Source: an uncultured Alphaproteobacteria bacterium
Lineage (GTDB): Bacteria; Pseudomonadota; Alphaproteobacteria; ATCC43930; CGMCC-115725
Reading direction: 5' to 3'
Length of the DNA stretch: 64,000 nucleotides
NCBI GenBank assembly: GCA_963787425.1
Contig: CAWBCV010000022.1
Span: 39,370 to 103,369 of the forward strand
In this document: positions 8,717 through 17,620 of the stretch, one piece after another
How positions within the stretch are numbered: the stretch's first letter is position 1
Layout: the number at the start of each line of letters is the position of its first letter
Notes under the pieces: generated by a model
Databases searched by the model: none
Seen by the model: only the letters and a program-made list of their open reading frames with translations
What the model was told of the DNA's origin: nothing
Translations under genes and position numbers: made by a program

Positions 8717-10125
8717 ACTTCGTCTCGTTCGAGTTCGCGGTGTTTCTCGCCGTCGTCTACGTGCTGCACTGGAGCTGTCGCTACGCAGAAACCCGGAAGG
8801 TGCTGCTGACGATCGCGAGCTACGTATTCTACGCCGTCTGGAACTGGCACTTCTGCTTTCTGATGGTGTTCGTCACCGCGAACGCGTTCGCCGCCGGCCA
8901 GATGCTCGCGCGCGCCACGCGCTCCTGGCGAACGGCCGTGCTGGCGGCGAGCATCGGCCTCGACCTCGCCATACTAGGCTTCTTCAAATATTACGATTTC
9001 TTCCTGTCGAACGTCGCCGCGGCGGTCGCCGATCTTGGCGTCGCCGCCAGCCTGCCGGTGATGCGAATTATTCTTCCGGTCGGCATCAGCTTCTACACAT
9101 TTCACGCGATCAGCTATGTCGTCGACGTGTACCGCGGCAAGGTCGAGCCGGAGCCGTCCTTCCTCAAAATCGCCTTGTATATCAGTTTCTTCCCACAGCT
9201 GATCGCCGGGCCGATTGTGCGAGCGAGCTTCATCATGCCGCAAATCCGGCACCCGCGGTCGTTTTCGCCGGCGCAGCAGGCGATTGGCGTCCGTCTGTTG
9301 CTGCGCGGGTTCATCTACAAGGCGGTGATCGCCGACACGCTTGCGCAGATCGCGGACCCGGTATTCGCGCATGTCGATCAGTACGATGGGCATGCGTTGC
9401 TGACCGCGACGATCGCCTTCTACGGCCAGATCTATTTCGACTTCGCCGGTTATTCGAGCATGGCGATCGGCACGGCGCGGCTGTTCGGCTACCGCTTTCC
9501 GCCGAACTTCAACTACCCGTACCGCGCCGCGTCGGTGACCGAGTTCTGGCGGCGCTGGCACATGTCGCTGTCATTCTGGCTACGCGATTACCTGTATATC
9601 CCGCTCGGCGGCAATCGGGGCGGCACGCTGTTCGTCTGCCGCAATCTGATGATAACAATGCTACTAGGAGGACTATGGCACGGCGCCGCCTGGAATTACG
9701 TGGTCTGGGGCGGGCTGCACGGAATCGGGCTGTGTGCCAACAAGCTGTGGCGCGAGGCGGGGCAGCGCCTCCCGATGCCGATCGACGTGCGCGGCGGCTG
9801 GCATATCGCGGCGCTCGTCCTGACCCAGCTCTGGGTCATGCTCGCCTGGGTGTTCTTCCGCTGTGACAGCGCCGCCCAGGCCACCGAGGTTCTTGCGGCG
9901 ATTCTCGGCCTGCGGCCTCACCCGGGCGCGGGGGTGCTCCCGGTCGAGGGCTGCATCCTCGCGATCATCGGGATCGATCACACGCTTGGGAGCGCTCGCC
10001 TCAGGCTGTCGCTATCGCCCCGATGGGCCCGGACGCTTGCATGGAGCGGGGTCGGAGCGTTGTTTGCCCTCGGACTCGCGGCGATGCCGGTCGTGCAGAA
10101 GCCGTTCATCTACTTCCAGTTCTGA
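8713..10125 (+). CDS. MBOAT family O-acyltransferase (AlgI/DltB-like)
   Basis: MNFVSFEFAVFL..., FWRRWHMSLSFWLRDYLYIPLGGNRGG with the conserved His; multi-pass membrane protein. Confidence 0.9.
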   Translation: MNFVSFEFAVFLAVVYVLHWSCRYAETRKVLLTIASYVFYAVWNWHFCFLMVFVTANAFAAGQMLARATRSWRTAVLAASIGLDLAILGFFKYYDFFLSNVAAAVADLGVAASLPVMRIILPVGISFYTFHAISYVVDVYRGKVEPEPSFLKIALYISFFPQLIAGPIVRASFIMPQIRHPRSFSPAQQAIGVRLLLRGFIYKAVIADTLAQIADPVFAHVDQYDGHALLTATIAFYGQIYFDFAGYSSMAIGTARLFGYRFPPNFNYPYRAASVTEFWRRWHMSLSFWLRDYLYIPLGGNRGGTLFVCRNLMITMLLGGLWHGAAWNYVVWGGLHGIGLCANKLWREAGQRLPMPIDVRGGWHIAALVLTQLWVMLAWVFFRCDSAAQATEVLAAILGLRPHPGAGVLPVEGCILAIIGIDHTLGSARLRLSLSPRWARTLAWSGVGALFALGLAAMPVVQKPFIYFQF

Positions 10126-10258
10126 GGCGTTTCACCCGCCGCCGGCCAGACCACGTTGGCAGGGCCTGGCGCTGTTCGACGTCGGCGGCGCCCAGCCTCG
10201 GCCTTGCTCGAAACGCGGAACAGGCGCATTCTGGATCGAGCAAGTAAGGAGGAAACCG

Positions 10259-10672
10259 ATGCCGCGGATCAAGCATATCGCGTTGACCACAAAGGAGCCC
10301 GCAAAGGTCGCCGCCTTTTACCAGGACGCTTTCGGAATGCAGGAGATCCGGCGTGCCCCGAATGGCGCGGTGTTTCTGACCGACGGCTACATCAACCTGG
10401 CGATCCTGAATTGGAAGACGGAGAAATCCGCCGATGTCGGCGCCAACGGGCCGAACTACAGCGGTATTCATCATTTTGGCTTTGAGGTCGAGGACCTCGA
10501 CGAGGCCGCGGCGAAGCTGGAACGCGCCGAGGGTCAGCGCCTCGAGGAGAAAGCGGGCCTCGATATGGAAATGGCTGCCGGAGGCCACCGCAATTTCGAG
10601 ATGAAATGGGCCGGCCCCGACGGTGTGGTAATCGACATCTCTCACACCGGCTGGGAAACGAAAACCAGATAA
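10259..10672 (+). CDS. VOC (glyoxalase/bleomycin resistance/dioxygenase) family protein
   Basis: MPRIKHIALTTKEPAKVAAFYQDAFGM...GIHHFGFEVEDLDEA. AAGGAGG lies 6 nt upstream of the ATG. Confidence 0.85.
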   Translation: MPRIKHIALTTKEPAKVAAFYQDAFGMQEIRRAPNGAVFLTDGYINLAILNWKTEKSADVGANGPNYSGIHHFGFEVEDLDEAAAKLERAEGQRLEEKAGLDMEMAAGGHRNFEMKWAGPDGVVIDISHTGWETKTR

Positions 10673-10696
10673 GCGAACTTCCGGGAGGAAGCAGCG

Positions 10697-11665
10697 ATGG
10701 CCGATAATTTCACGATCTGTGCCGGCACCATAGGAACCGGCGCCTGGGTCAGCTCCGACGGCGGTGAGAGCTGGCGGCAAGTACGAACCGGATTATGGTC
10801 TGAGAGCCGCGTGTTCGGCTTCGCGATCCACCCGAAACAGCCCCGGACCATTCTGGCCGGAGCAGATGACGGGATCTACCGTACCGAGGACGGCGGGGAG
10901 CACTTCGAGCGGCTCGACTCGCCGATGAATGCAGTGCACGTGTGGAAGGTCGCGTTCGATCCGGCGGACCCCCAGACCATCTTCGCGGGGACCCGGCCGG
11001 CGGCGCTCTTTCGGTCGACCGATGGCGGAGGCCGTTGGGACAAGCTGCCGGCCGATATGGCGGAGGAGTGCCCGAATGTCCGCATTCCGCGAGTGACGGC
11101 GCTGACGGTCGATCCTTCGGACCATCGGATGGTATGGGCCGGTGTCGAGGTCGACGGCGTTCGTCGCAGCCGTGACGGCGGAGAAAGCTGGACGCGGGTC
11201 GCCGGGGTCAACGACCCCGACATCCACGACACGGCGATCAGCATCAATGGCGCCAAGACAGTGCTGACCAGTACCCCGCGCGAGATCTTTGCCAGCACGG
11301 ATGGCGGCGAGAGCTGGCGAGGTTTGGGGGTCGGCAAGCATTTTCGCCTGCCCTATTGCCGCAGCCTGGCGCTCAAACTCGACGAACCCCGGGTGCTGTT
11401 TGTCGCCACGGGCGACGGCGCGCTCGGCAGCACCGGCGCGATCCAGCGCTCCAAGGATGGCGGACAAAGCTGGCAGGCGTTGCCGCTGCCTGTCGAACCC
11501 AACTCGCCGATATGGTCGTTTGCGACCCACCCGGCGAACCCCAACCGGATCCTCGCCTGCAGTCACTATGGCGAAATATTCGCGAGCGAGGACGCCGGCG
11601 ATTCCTGGGTCAAACTGCGCCGCGAGTTCAGTGAGATCCGCGCTCTGGCCTGGACGCCGAATTAA
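10697..11665 (+). CDS. BNR/Asp-box repeat beta-propeller protein
   Basis: Seven S/T-x-D-G-G-x-S/H-W/F repeats (SSDGGESW, TEDGGEHF, STDGGGRW, SRDGGESW, STDGGESW, SKDGGQSW, SEDAGDSW). Confidence 0.8.
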   Translation: MADNFTICAGTIGTGAWVSSDGGESWRQVRTGLWSESRVFGFAIHPKQPRTILAGADDGIYRTEDGGEHFERLDSPMNAVHVWKVAFDPADPQTIFAGTRPAALFRSTDGGGRWDKLPADMAEECPNVRIPRVTALTVDPSDHRMVWAGVEVDGVRRSRDGGESWTRVAGVNDPDIHDTAISINGAKTVLTSTPREIFASTDGGESWRGLGVGKHFRLPYCRSLALKLDEPRVLFVATGDGALGSTGAIQRSKDGGQSWQALPLPVEPNSPIWSFATHPANPNRILACSHYGEIFASEDAGDSWVKLRREFSEIRALAWTPN

Positions 11666-12086
11666 CCCGCCAACCTGTCGCATCCCAGTTTCCACCTCTG
11701 GAAAGCGAGGCGGGTGAGGGTCTTGCACGGGCCAAATTTTCTCCCTGCCTGGTGGGCCCGCGGGTGCGCTGGTTGCGTTGCGGACCAGAAGTCCAGCACT
11801 CGTCTTTGGAGCGAACTGACGGGCGAACCTGAGGGCTTGGCGCTGGTTGCGCTCGATGAACGGCTTAAGGCGGTCCTAACAGGAGGGGTAGGCGGTGCGA
11901 AAATCGCCGCCCGCCCGCTTCAATTAGCCGGCGGCGCTCGGTCATCGAGACGGGTTCGGGGCATTCCTTTCCCTTTTTACCTAAACCGTTTCGCTTGACC
12001 AGTCTCGACGAGCTGATCGAGCGCACTTTATGCGGGTCGGGAAGTGCTCGATCGCGATAGTCGCCCCACGGGGACATCCGGAGCTG

Positions 12087-12824
12087 TTACAGAAGCGCTC
12101 TTCTGCCCGGGGCAGCGCTCTGGGGGATGTACCCAGCGAGGTCCGTCAGCTTCGGCCGGTCGAAAATGACGAGCGTGCCGTTTTGGATTTCGGCTAGCCT
12201 TCGCTCGCGAAGGGAGTCGAGCGTTCGAGCGACATGCACACGCGACAAACCCGCAGCGTCGGCGAGATCGCGCCGCTGCAATGGAAAGGGGCAGGTCGAG
12301 CCACCGTTTACCATCGCGCGTTGCCGCAGCCGGTCGAAGGTCTCAAGCATCAAGTAGGCGATCCGCTGTTCCGCCGTGCTTCGCCCGAGCAGCGAAAGCC
12401 GAACGTCCATGCGCTGCTCCTCCTCGACTCGCGTCTGCAGGATATTTAGCGCCATCGCGGGGTGACCGGTGAACAGATCGGAAAAACCTCGGCCCTGCAG
12501 AACGCAGAGGGTGGCCGTGGTGACCGCTTGAACGGAGTGCTTCACCCTGCCCAGAACCACCGAGGCCATCCCGACCGTGTCGCCCGGGAGTACAATATCG
12601 AGGATTTGACGGGCACCGTTCGGGAGGCGGTGGTAGCGGATCGCCCATCCTTCGAACAGCGTGTAGACCGGCCCCCCCACCTCATCCGCTCGGATGATGT
12701 CGGCGCGGGGCGCGACTACAATGTGGTCTGTCTTCATCTCTGTGATAAAGCCGAGCTCGTGCTCCGAGAAGGGTCTAAAGAGAGTCCTTCGTCGCAGCGG
12801 ACATTGCTCGCAAGGCACGAACAT
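12087..12824 (-). CDS. Crp/Fnr family transcriptional regulator
   Basis: cNMP-binding-like fold followed by a C-terminal HTH (RRDLADAAGLSRVHVARTLDSLRERRL). The N-terminus has C5-x2-C8. Confidence 0.85.
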   Translation of the reverse strand: MFVPCEQCPLRRRTLFRPFSEHELGFITEMKTDHIVVAPRADIIRADEVGGPVYTLFEGWAIRYHRLPNGARQILDIVLPGDTVGMASVVLGRVKHSVQAVTTATLCVLQGRGFSDLFTGHPAMALNILQTRVEEEQRMDVRLSLLGRSTAEQRIAYLMLETFDRLRQRAMVNGGSTCPFPLQRRDLADAAGLSRVHVARTLDSLRERRLAEIQNGTLVIFDRPKLTDLAGYIPQSAAPGRRALL

Positions 12825-12962
12825 CAGCGCGGCCTATCCTCCCAAACCGGCAGCGTTCATATATTATTAACTGAACGAGAAGCAGCTAAATTCCGCAGGA
12901 AAATCAAGCAGATTGGCAACGTAACCGGATAGCTCAGGAAGGCCAATATTGTGCGATCAAAT

Positions 12963-12983
12963 CATGTGAGGCAGCATCACATG
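12963..12983. promoter_or_regulatory. perfect palindrome CATGTGA-N7-TCACATG upstream of the Crp/Fnr gene
   Basis: Read directly. It contains TGTGA/TCACA half-sites, but with a 7-nt spacer rather than the canonical 6. It lies about 140 nt upstream of the start at 12824. Confidence 0.3.
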
Positions 12984-13080
12984 TTCTGAGATCTGCGGCG
13001 GCGCTGTTTACATTCTAACCTAGCGCCGCGCGTTCGGGGTAGAGCGAGGAAAAAGTTGCAGGCTCTGGATTCGGCGTCGG

Positions 13081-14146
13081 TTACTCGGCGCGCCCGCGGA
13101 TGATTTGGAAGGCGTGTTCGATTAGCTCGCGCGCAAGTGTATCGAACTCGGCGCATCTCGTGTTGTGCCCGGGGGACCGGCGAAAGCGGTCGTAAAGTTG
13201 AAGAAAAACGACAGCCGAGCGAAATATTGATAAGACGCGATGGAAGCTGAAGTCACCGACTGTGCGGCAGCTGAGACGCAGATAAGCTGCGAGAACTTCG
13301 TGGCGCCGCCAGAACCCGGGCTGCGCGGTCGGCATTTGCCGCACCCGGTGGAGGCACGCGGGATCCTCGGGTTCGACCCAGTAGCTCAACATTACCGCCA
13401 GGTCCCACAGCGGATCACCGCGTGTCCCCATATCCCAGTCGATCACGGCGGCTGGAGCGAGCGTCCGCGGAGCGAGGATCATGTTGTCGAGCTTGAAGTC
13501 GGAATGAATAAGGCTCGGCGGCGCGTCGGCCGGCACCCGGCGGCGCAGCCAGTCAACCACCTCGGACAAGGCGAGAGGATTGATCGGATCTGCGACGGCA
13601 GCGCTGCGAGCTGCCCAACCGTCGACGGTCCGGGCGAGGAACCCCGCTGGACGTCCAAGAGTCTCCAACCCAACTTGCGCCGGGTCTACGGCATGTAAAG
13701 CAGCAAGACTTCTCGACCAATTGACGGCTCAGCAACATGCCGACCTCGGGCCGGCCGGCCAAGCCCGGCGGCAGAGTGTCGCGGATGACCATCCCAGGGC
13801 GGTACTCGATGATCTGGAACGGCGCGCCGAGCACGCTCGCGTCGTCGCCGAAGAGCATAGCCCGCGGGGCTAGCGGATACTCCCGCCACAGCGACGAGAG
13901 GATGCGGTACTCGCGCGCCATATCGTTGGCGCCATACGGCAAGGGCCCGGCCGGCGGCCGGCGCAAGACCGCCGGCGTGCCGTCTATCTCGATCAAATAG
14001 TTAAGATTCCCATAGCCGCCGGCGAACTGCCGCGGCGGGCTTGGTCCGAACATGATGCCGCGATGTGCGAGATAGTGCGCCAGAGAAGCCCAATCCTGAG
14101 GGATACTGCGGATTACGTCGCTGAATTCCCCCGGGTGCACAGACAT
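13081..14146 (-). pseudogene. phosphotransferase (APH/choline-kinase-like) family gene with one frameshift
   Basis: The N-terminal part is in ORF 13553..14260 from the ATG at 14146 (GYGNLNYLIEIDGTPAVLRRPP...FQIIEYRPG...LSRQLVE). The continuation LAALHAVDPAQVGLETLGRPAGF...LIHSDFKLDNMIL...VIDWDM is in the frame of ORF 13081..13668. The switch is near 13705..13715. Confidence 0.75.
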
Positions 14147-14251
14147 TCTATTAACGCCACCGTCGATATCCTGAGCCGGCACGCGGGTCCCGAGCGGCGT
14201 ATGGGTCGGCGACGGCAAGACGATATTATATCTAAGGCGGGTCGGAGGCGT

Positions 14252-16003
14252 ATGGGACATCAGCTCATGAGTTCAGTTTCGCGGCGCAGACTAACGCTAG
14301 CCGCGACAATGGTGGCTTTCTTCCTCTCGGCGTCCGCGCGAGCGGAGCCGGATGTCGATCGTTTCAAGGCTGAGATCGACGCGTTTATCGGACGGCTCGG
14401 ACCGAGTTCGAACGGCGCGGTCAAATGGGTCAGTTCGGATCCTTACGAGATCCGGCACGACGGCGAAGCGTTGCTGGCGACCATCGAGAATGCTCGGCTG
14501 TCGCTAAACACGCCACAACCAGGCCAGCTCACCCTTGACAGTATCGAGATCAGGGAGACCGCCCGAAAAGACGAGGGCAAGCTGGTCGAGCTCGCCCTCA
14601 CATTGCCAAAAAACATGATACTCAGGGAGGCCGACGGCACCGAAACCAAGATCACCCTGACGGGTGCAAGAGCAAATACGGTCGTAGAGGCCGAGTTGGG
14701 GCGCGGCCGGGAAACTCTTATCGAGATTGCGAGTGCGCGCCTCGATCAGCCTAAAACCGGCACATGGGTCACTCTCGGACCGCTTTCGATGTCCTCGAAG
14801 CTCGCCGCCGAGGCGAATGGCGGCTGGAGCGGGCCGGTTCAATTGGACGTCGAAGGGATAGAATACTTTCTGCCACAGGGTCCTTTCAGCGGCGCGGTCG
14901 ATCGGATCGCATTCACTGGTAGAAGCGCCGGTCCAAGGCTGAACGAACTCGACAAGCTGCGCCACGCGATCGACCAAATGCAAGCTGACGACAGCAAATC
15001 ACCGCAGGCCCGCGGCGCCGCGTTCCTAGCGGCCCTGTCGACAATTTCGGAACCTTTCAGCACCATACGGGGTGAACTCGCGTTGAAAGCTCTGACGGTC
15101 AGGAGCGTGACCGGTGAGACGCTGGTAGCTGTGGCGAAGGCGGGTAGCACCATGGAGGTCAGCGGACTCGACACGGAACAGGCGGCGCTGCGGTTCAGCA
15201 TCAGTCACGAGGGCCTCGACCTCGCGCCATCGCTCATCGAGAACGGGAAGGTGCCCCGCCGCATGGTGCTCGATTTCGGGGTGGCTGACCTCAATACGCA
15301 GGCGCTGACGAACCTGCTCCACGCCCTCATCACCGCGACTGACCAGCGGGTATCGGGGGAGAACGAGAGTGAAGCAAACAAACAGCAGGCTCTTCAGCAG
15401 GCGCTCGGAGCCGCGGCTATGCTCAACCCAACCTTCCATGTCTATGACTTCGCGATCGATACCAAGGAGGTCGGGGTGGATCTGACGGCTCAAGCCAAAG
15501 GTTCGCCCCTCGCGCCAAAAGCCTACACAGCCTCGGGAGATGTGGGGGTCCGGGGGTTTGACGCGATCCCGCAGCTGAGCGGGGCGATACCGTTCGCCCA
15601 ATACCTCCCGGTGCTCCGAGAAATTGGGGTCGAGGGGACGGCGCCGGACGGGACGCCGCGGCTGCAATTCCATCTCACCTCCGCGCCGACGGACTGGATC
15701 GCGATTAACGGTAACGACGTGAGCGCCTGGTTCGACGCGACCGAGACGGCGGCAGGTCAGCCGCGGCTCTTAAGGCCGTCCGATCCGCCTATGCGGGGGA
15801 CCGATGTCAAGAACGTGCAACGCGCCCTCGCGGCCGCAAAGATTTCGATCGAGCAGGACGGTGAGTACAATTCGGCCACAGCCGGCGCGGTTGCTCGTTT
15901 TCAAAAGCAGAACGGCCTGAACGTGAGCGGCTGCGTCGATGCTGCGACTCGACGGCGGCTCGCGGAGTTGGGAGACCCGCCGCGGCAAGGTGGCCGAAAT
16001 TGA
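14252..16003 (+). CDS. secreted protein with C-terminal peptidoglycan-binding (PG_binding_1-like) domain
   Basis: Signal peptide (SRRRLTLAATMVAFFLSASARA). The C-terminus is GTDVKNVQRALAAAKISIEQDGEYNSATAGAVARFQKQNGLNVSGCVDAATRRRL. The roughly 500-aa N-terminal region is unassigned. Start is 14252 or 14267. Confidence 0.7.
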   Translation: MGHQLMSSVSRRRLTLAATMVAFFLSASARAEPDVDRFKAEIDAFIGRLGPSSNGAVKWVSSDPYEIRHDGEALLATIENARLSLNTPQPGQLTLDSIEIRETARKDEGKLVELALTLPKNMILREADGTETKITLTGARANTVVEAELGRGRETLIEIASARLDQPKTGTWVTLGPLSMSSKLAAEANGGWSGPVQLDVEGIEYFLPQGPFSGAVDRIAFTGRSAGPRLNELDKLRHAIDQMQADDSKSPQARGAAFLAALSTISEPFSTIRGELALKALTVRSVTGETLVAVAKAGSTMEVSGLDTEQAALRFSISHEGLDLAPSLIENGKVPRRMVLDFGVADLNTQALTNLLHALITATDQRVSGENESEANKQQALQQALGAAAMLNPTFHVYDFAIDTKEVGVDLTAQAKGSPLAPKAYTASGDVGVRGFDAIPQLSGAIPFAQYLPVLREIGVEGTAPDGTPRLQFHLTSAPTDWIAINGNDVSAWFDATETAAGQPRLLRPSDPPMRGTDVKNVQRALAAAKISIEQDGEYNSATAGAVARFQKQNGLNVSGCVDAATRRRLAELGDPPRQGGRN

Positions 16004-16048
16004 CGGCAGCCGTATGGTCGGCCGTCCGCTTAGCGCAGGAGCACACCC

Positions 16049-16753
16049 ATGGATAAGGTTTACCACGACTCCCATGCCGCGCTTGCCGGCCTGCTGCAAG
16101 ATGGCATGACGGTGATGTCGGGCGGGTTCGGTCTTTGCGGGATTCCGGAGGCGCTCATCGCCGCGATCCGAAGCTCCGGGGTGACGGGCCTAACCGTCAT
16201 CTCTAACAACGCCGGCATTGACGGAGCCGGGCTCGGTCTACTTCTCGAGACCCGCCAAATCCGCAAGATGGTCTCCTCTTATGTCGGCGAAAACAAGCTC
16301 TTTGCCGATCTTTATCTCAGCGGCGAGCTCGAACTCGAATTCAATCCCCAAGGTACTCTCGCCGAGCGGATACGGGCCGGGGGCGCCGGCATTCCGGCAT
16401 TTTTCACCAAGACGGGCGTCGGCACTCTGGTGGCGGAGGGCAAGGAAATTCGCGACTTCGATGGGGAAAGCTACGTTATGGAGCGGGGCCTCGTCGCCGA
16501 TCTCGCAATCATACATGCCTGGAAAGCCGATCGCGAAGGCAACCTCGTTTACCGGAAGACCGCGCGCAACTTCAACCCGGTGATGGCCACGGCCGCGAAG
16601 GTCACCGTTGCAGAGATCGAGCATCTGGTCGAGCCCGGTGTCATCGACCCCGACCACATCCACACGCCCGGCATTTTTGTCAAACGCATCGTGCGCTGCC
16701 CGCCTTACGAAAAGCGCATCGAGCAGCGCACTGTCCGCAAGCGGGGCAATTGA
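16049..16753 (+). CDS. scoA: 3-oxoacid CoA-transferase subunit A
   Basis: MDKVYHDSHAALAGLLQDGMTVMSGGFGLCGIPEALI... is typical of ScoA and is followed by subunit B. Confidence 0.9.
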   Translation: MDKVYHDSHAALAGLLQDGMTVMSGGFGLCGIPEALIAAIRSSGVTGLTVISNNAGIDGAGLGLLLETRQIRKMVSSYVGENKLFADLYLSGELELEFNPQGTLAERIRAGGAGIPAFFTKTGVGTLVAEGKEIRDFDGESYVMERGLVADLAIIHAWKADREGNLVYRKTARNFNPVMATAAKVTVAEIEHLVEPGVIDPDHIHTPGIFVKRIVRCPPYEKRIEQRTVRKRGN

Positions 16754-16771
16754 GGCACAGGAGAAAGAAGA

Positions 16772-17413
16772 ATGGCTTGGTCACGCGACGAAATGGCGCG
16801 CCGCGCCGCGGCGGAGCTCGAGGACGGCTTTTACGTCAATCTCGGCATCGGTATCCCGACCCTGGTATCGAATTTCATTCCGCCGGGGATCACGGTTCAG
16901 CTGCAAAGCGAGAACGGAATGCTCGGCATGGGCCCGTTTCCGTTCGAGGGGGAAGAGGACCCCGACCTGATCAATGCCGGCAAGCAGACAATCACGGAGT
17001 TGCCGTCGACGAGCTATTTCGATAGCGCGCAATCTTTCGGCATGATCCGGGGCGGTCATGTCGACCTGTCGATCCTCGGGGCTATGCAGGTGGCGGAGAA
17101 CGGCGATCTCGCCAACTGGATGATCCCCGGCCGCATGGTCAAAGGGATGGGCGGCGCGATGGACCTCGTCGCCGGGGTGAAGCGGGTCATCGTGCTGATG
17201 GAGCATACAGCGCGCGGTGAGCCGAAATTGCTGCATCGATGCGCACTCCCGCTGACCGGCAAAGGGGTGGTGGACATCGTGATCACCGACCTCGGCGTCT
17301 TCACGATCGATGGCACCGGGATGCTGCTGACGGAACTGGCGCCCGGCGTGTCGCTCGACGAAATCCGGCAAAAGACCGAGGCATCCTTCACGGTGACCTC
17401 CAGCCTCCGCTGA
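16772..17413 (+). CDS. scoB: 3-oxoacid CoA-transferase subunit B
   Basis: [19 protein letters not shown]...[12 protein letters not shown]...[12 protein letters not shown] (catalytic Glu region). Confidence 0.9.
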   Translation: MAWSRDEMARRAAAELEDGFYVNLGIGIPTLVSNFIPPGITVQLQSENGMLGMGPFPFEGEEDPDLINAGKQTITELPSTSYFDSAQSFGMIRGGHVDLSILGAMQVAENGDLANWMIPGRMVKGMGGAMDLVAGVKRVIVLMEHTARGEPKLLHRCALPLTGKGVVDIVITDLGVFTIDGTGMLLTELAPGVSLDEIRQKTEASFTVTSSLR

Positions 17414-17620
17414 TCGGCCCGGCTGATCACCCACAGGGATCAGGCTGCTCTGGCGCCCGCTTTTCCGATCTCCGCCACCCGGCCGACTTCTATGCTCGTC
17501 ACACCGTTGCCTCCTAATGTTGCCACCGGCGGTGCCGCTCGTATCGACCACGGTGGTAGTTTTTGCTAGACTAACATCGCGCAGCGCGCTGCAACTAACG
17601 CGCAGTTTTCGAGCCCGCCC

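Noticed and set aside
11666-12086. Possible gene or RNA in the 420-nt spacer after the BNR gene (ORFs 11714..11998 and 11865..12077; nested hairpin cccgcc...tttcca-cctc-tggaaa...ggcggg at 11666..11714)
   Set aside because: The ORF translations have no recognisable motifs and show biased composition. The hairpin lacks a U-tract. I found no tRNA-like cloverleaf by eye. It is left unannotated, and an Rfam scan would settle it.
12963-12983. Calling the CATGTGA-N7-TCACATG palindrome a canonical CRP or FNR box
   Set aside because: The spacer is 7 nt rather than 6 (CRP), and there is no TTGAT-N4-ATCAA (FNR/FixK). It is kept only as a low-confidence operator candidate.
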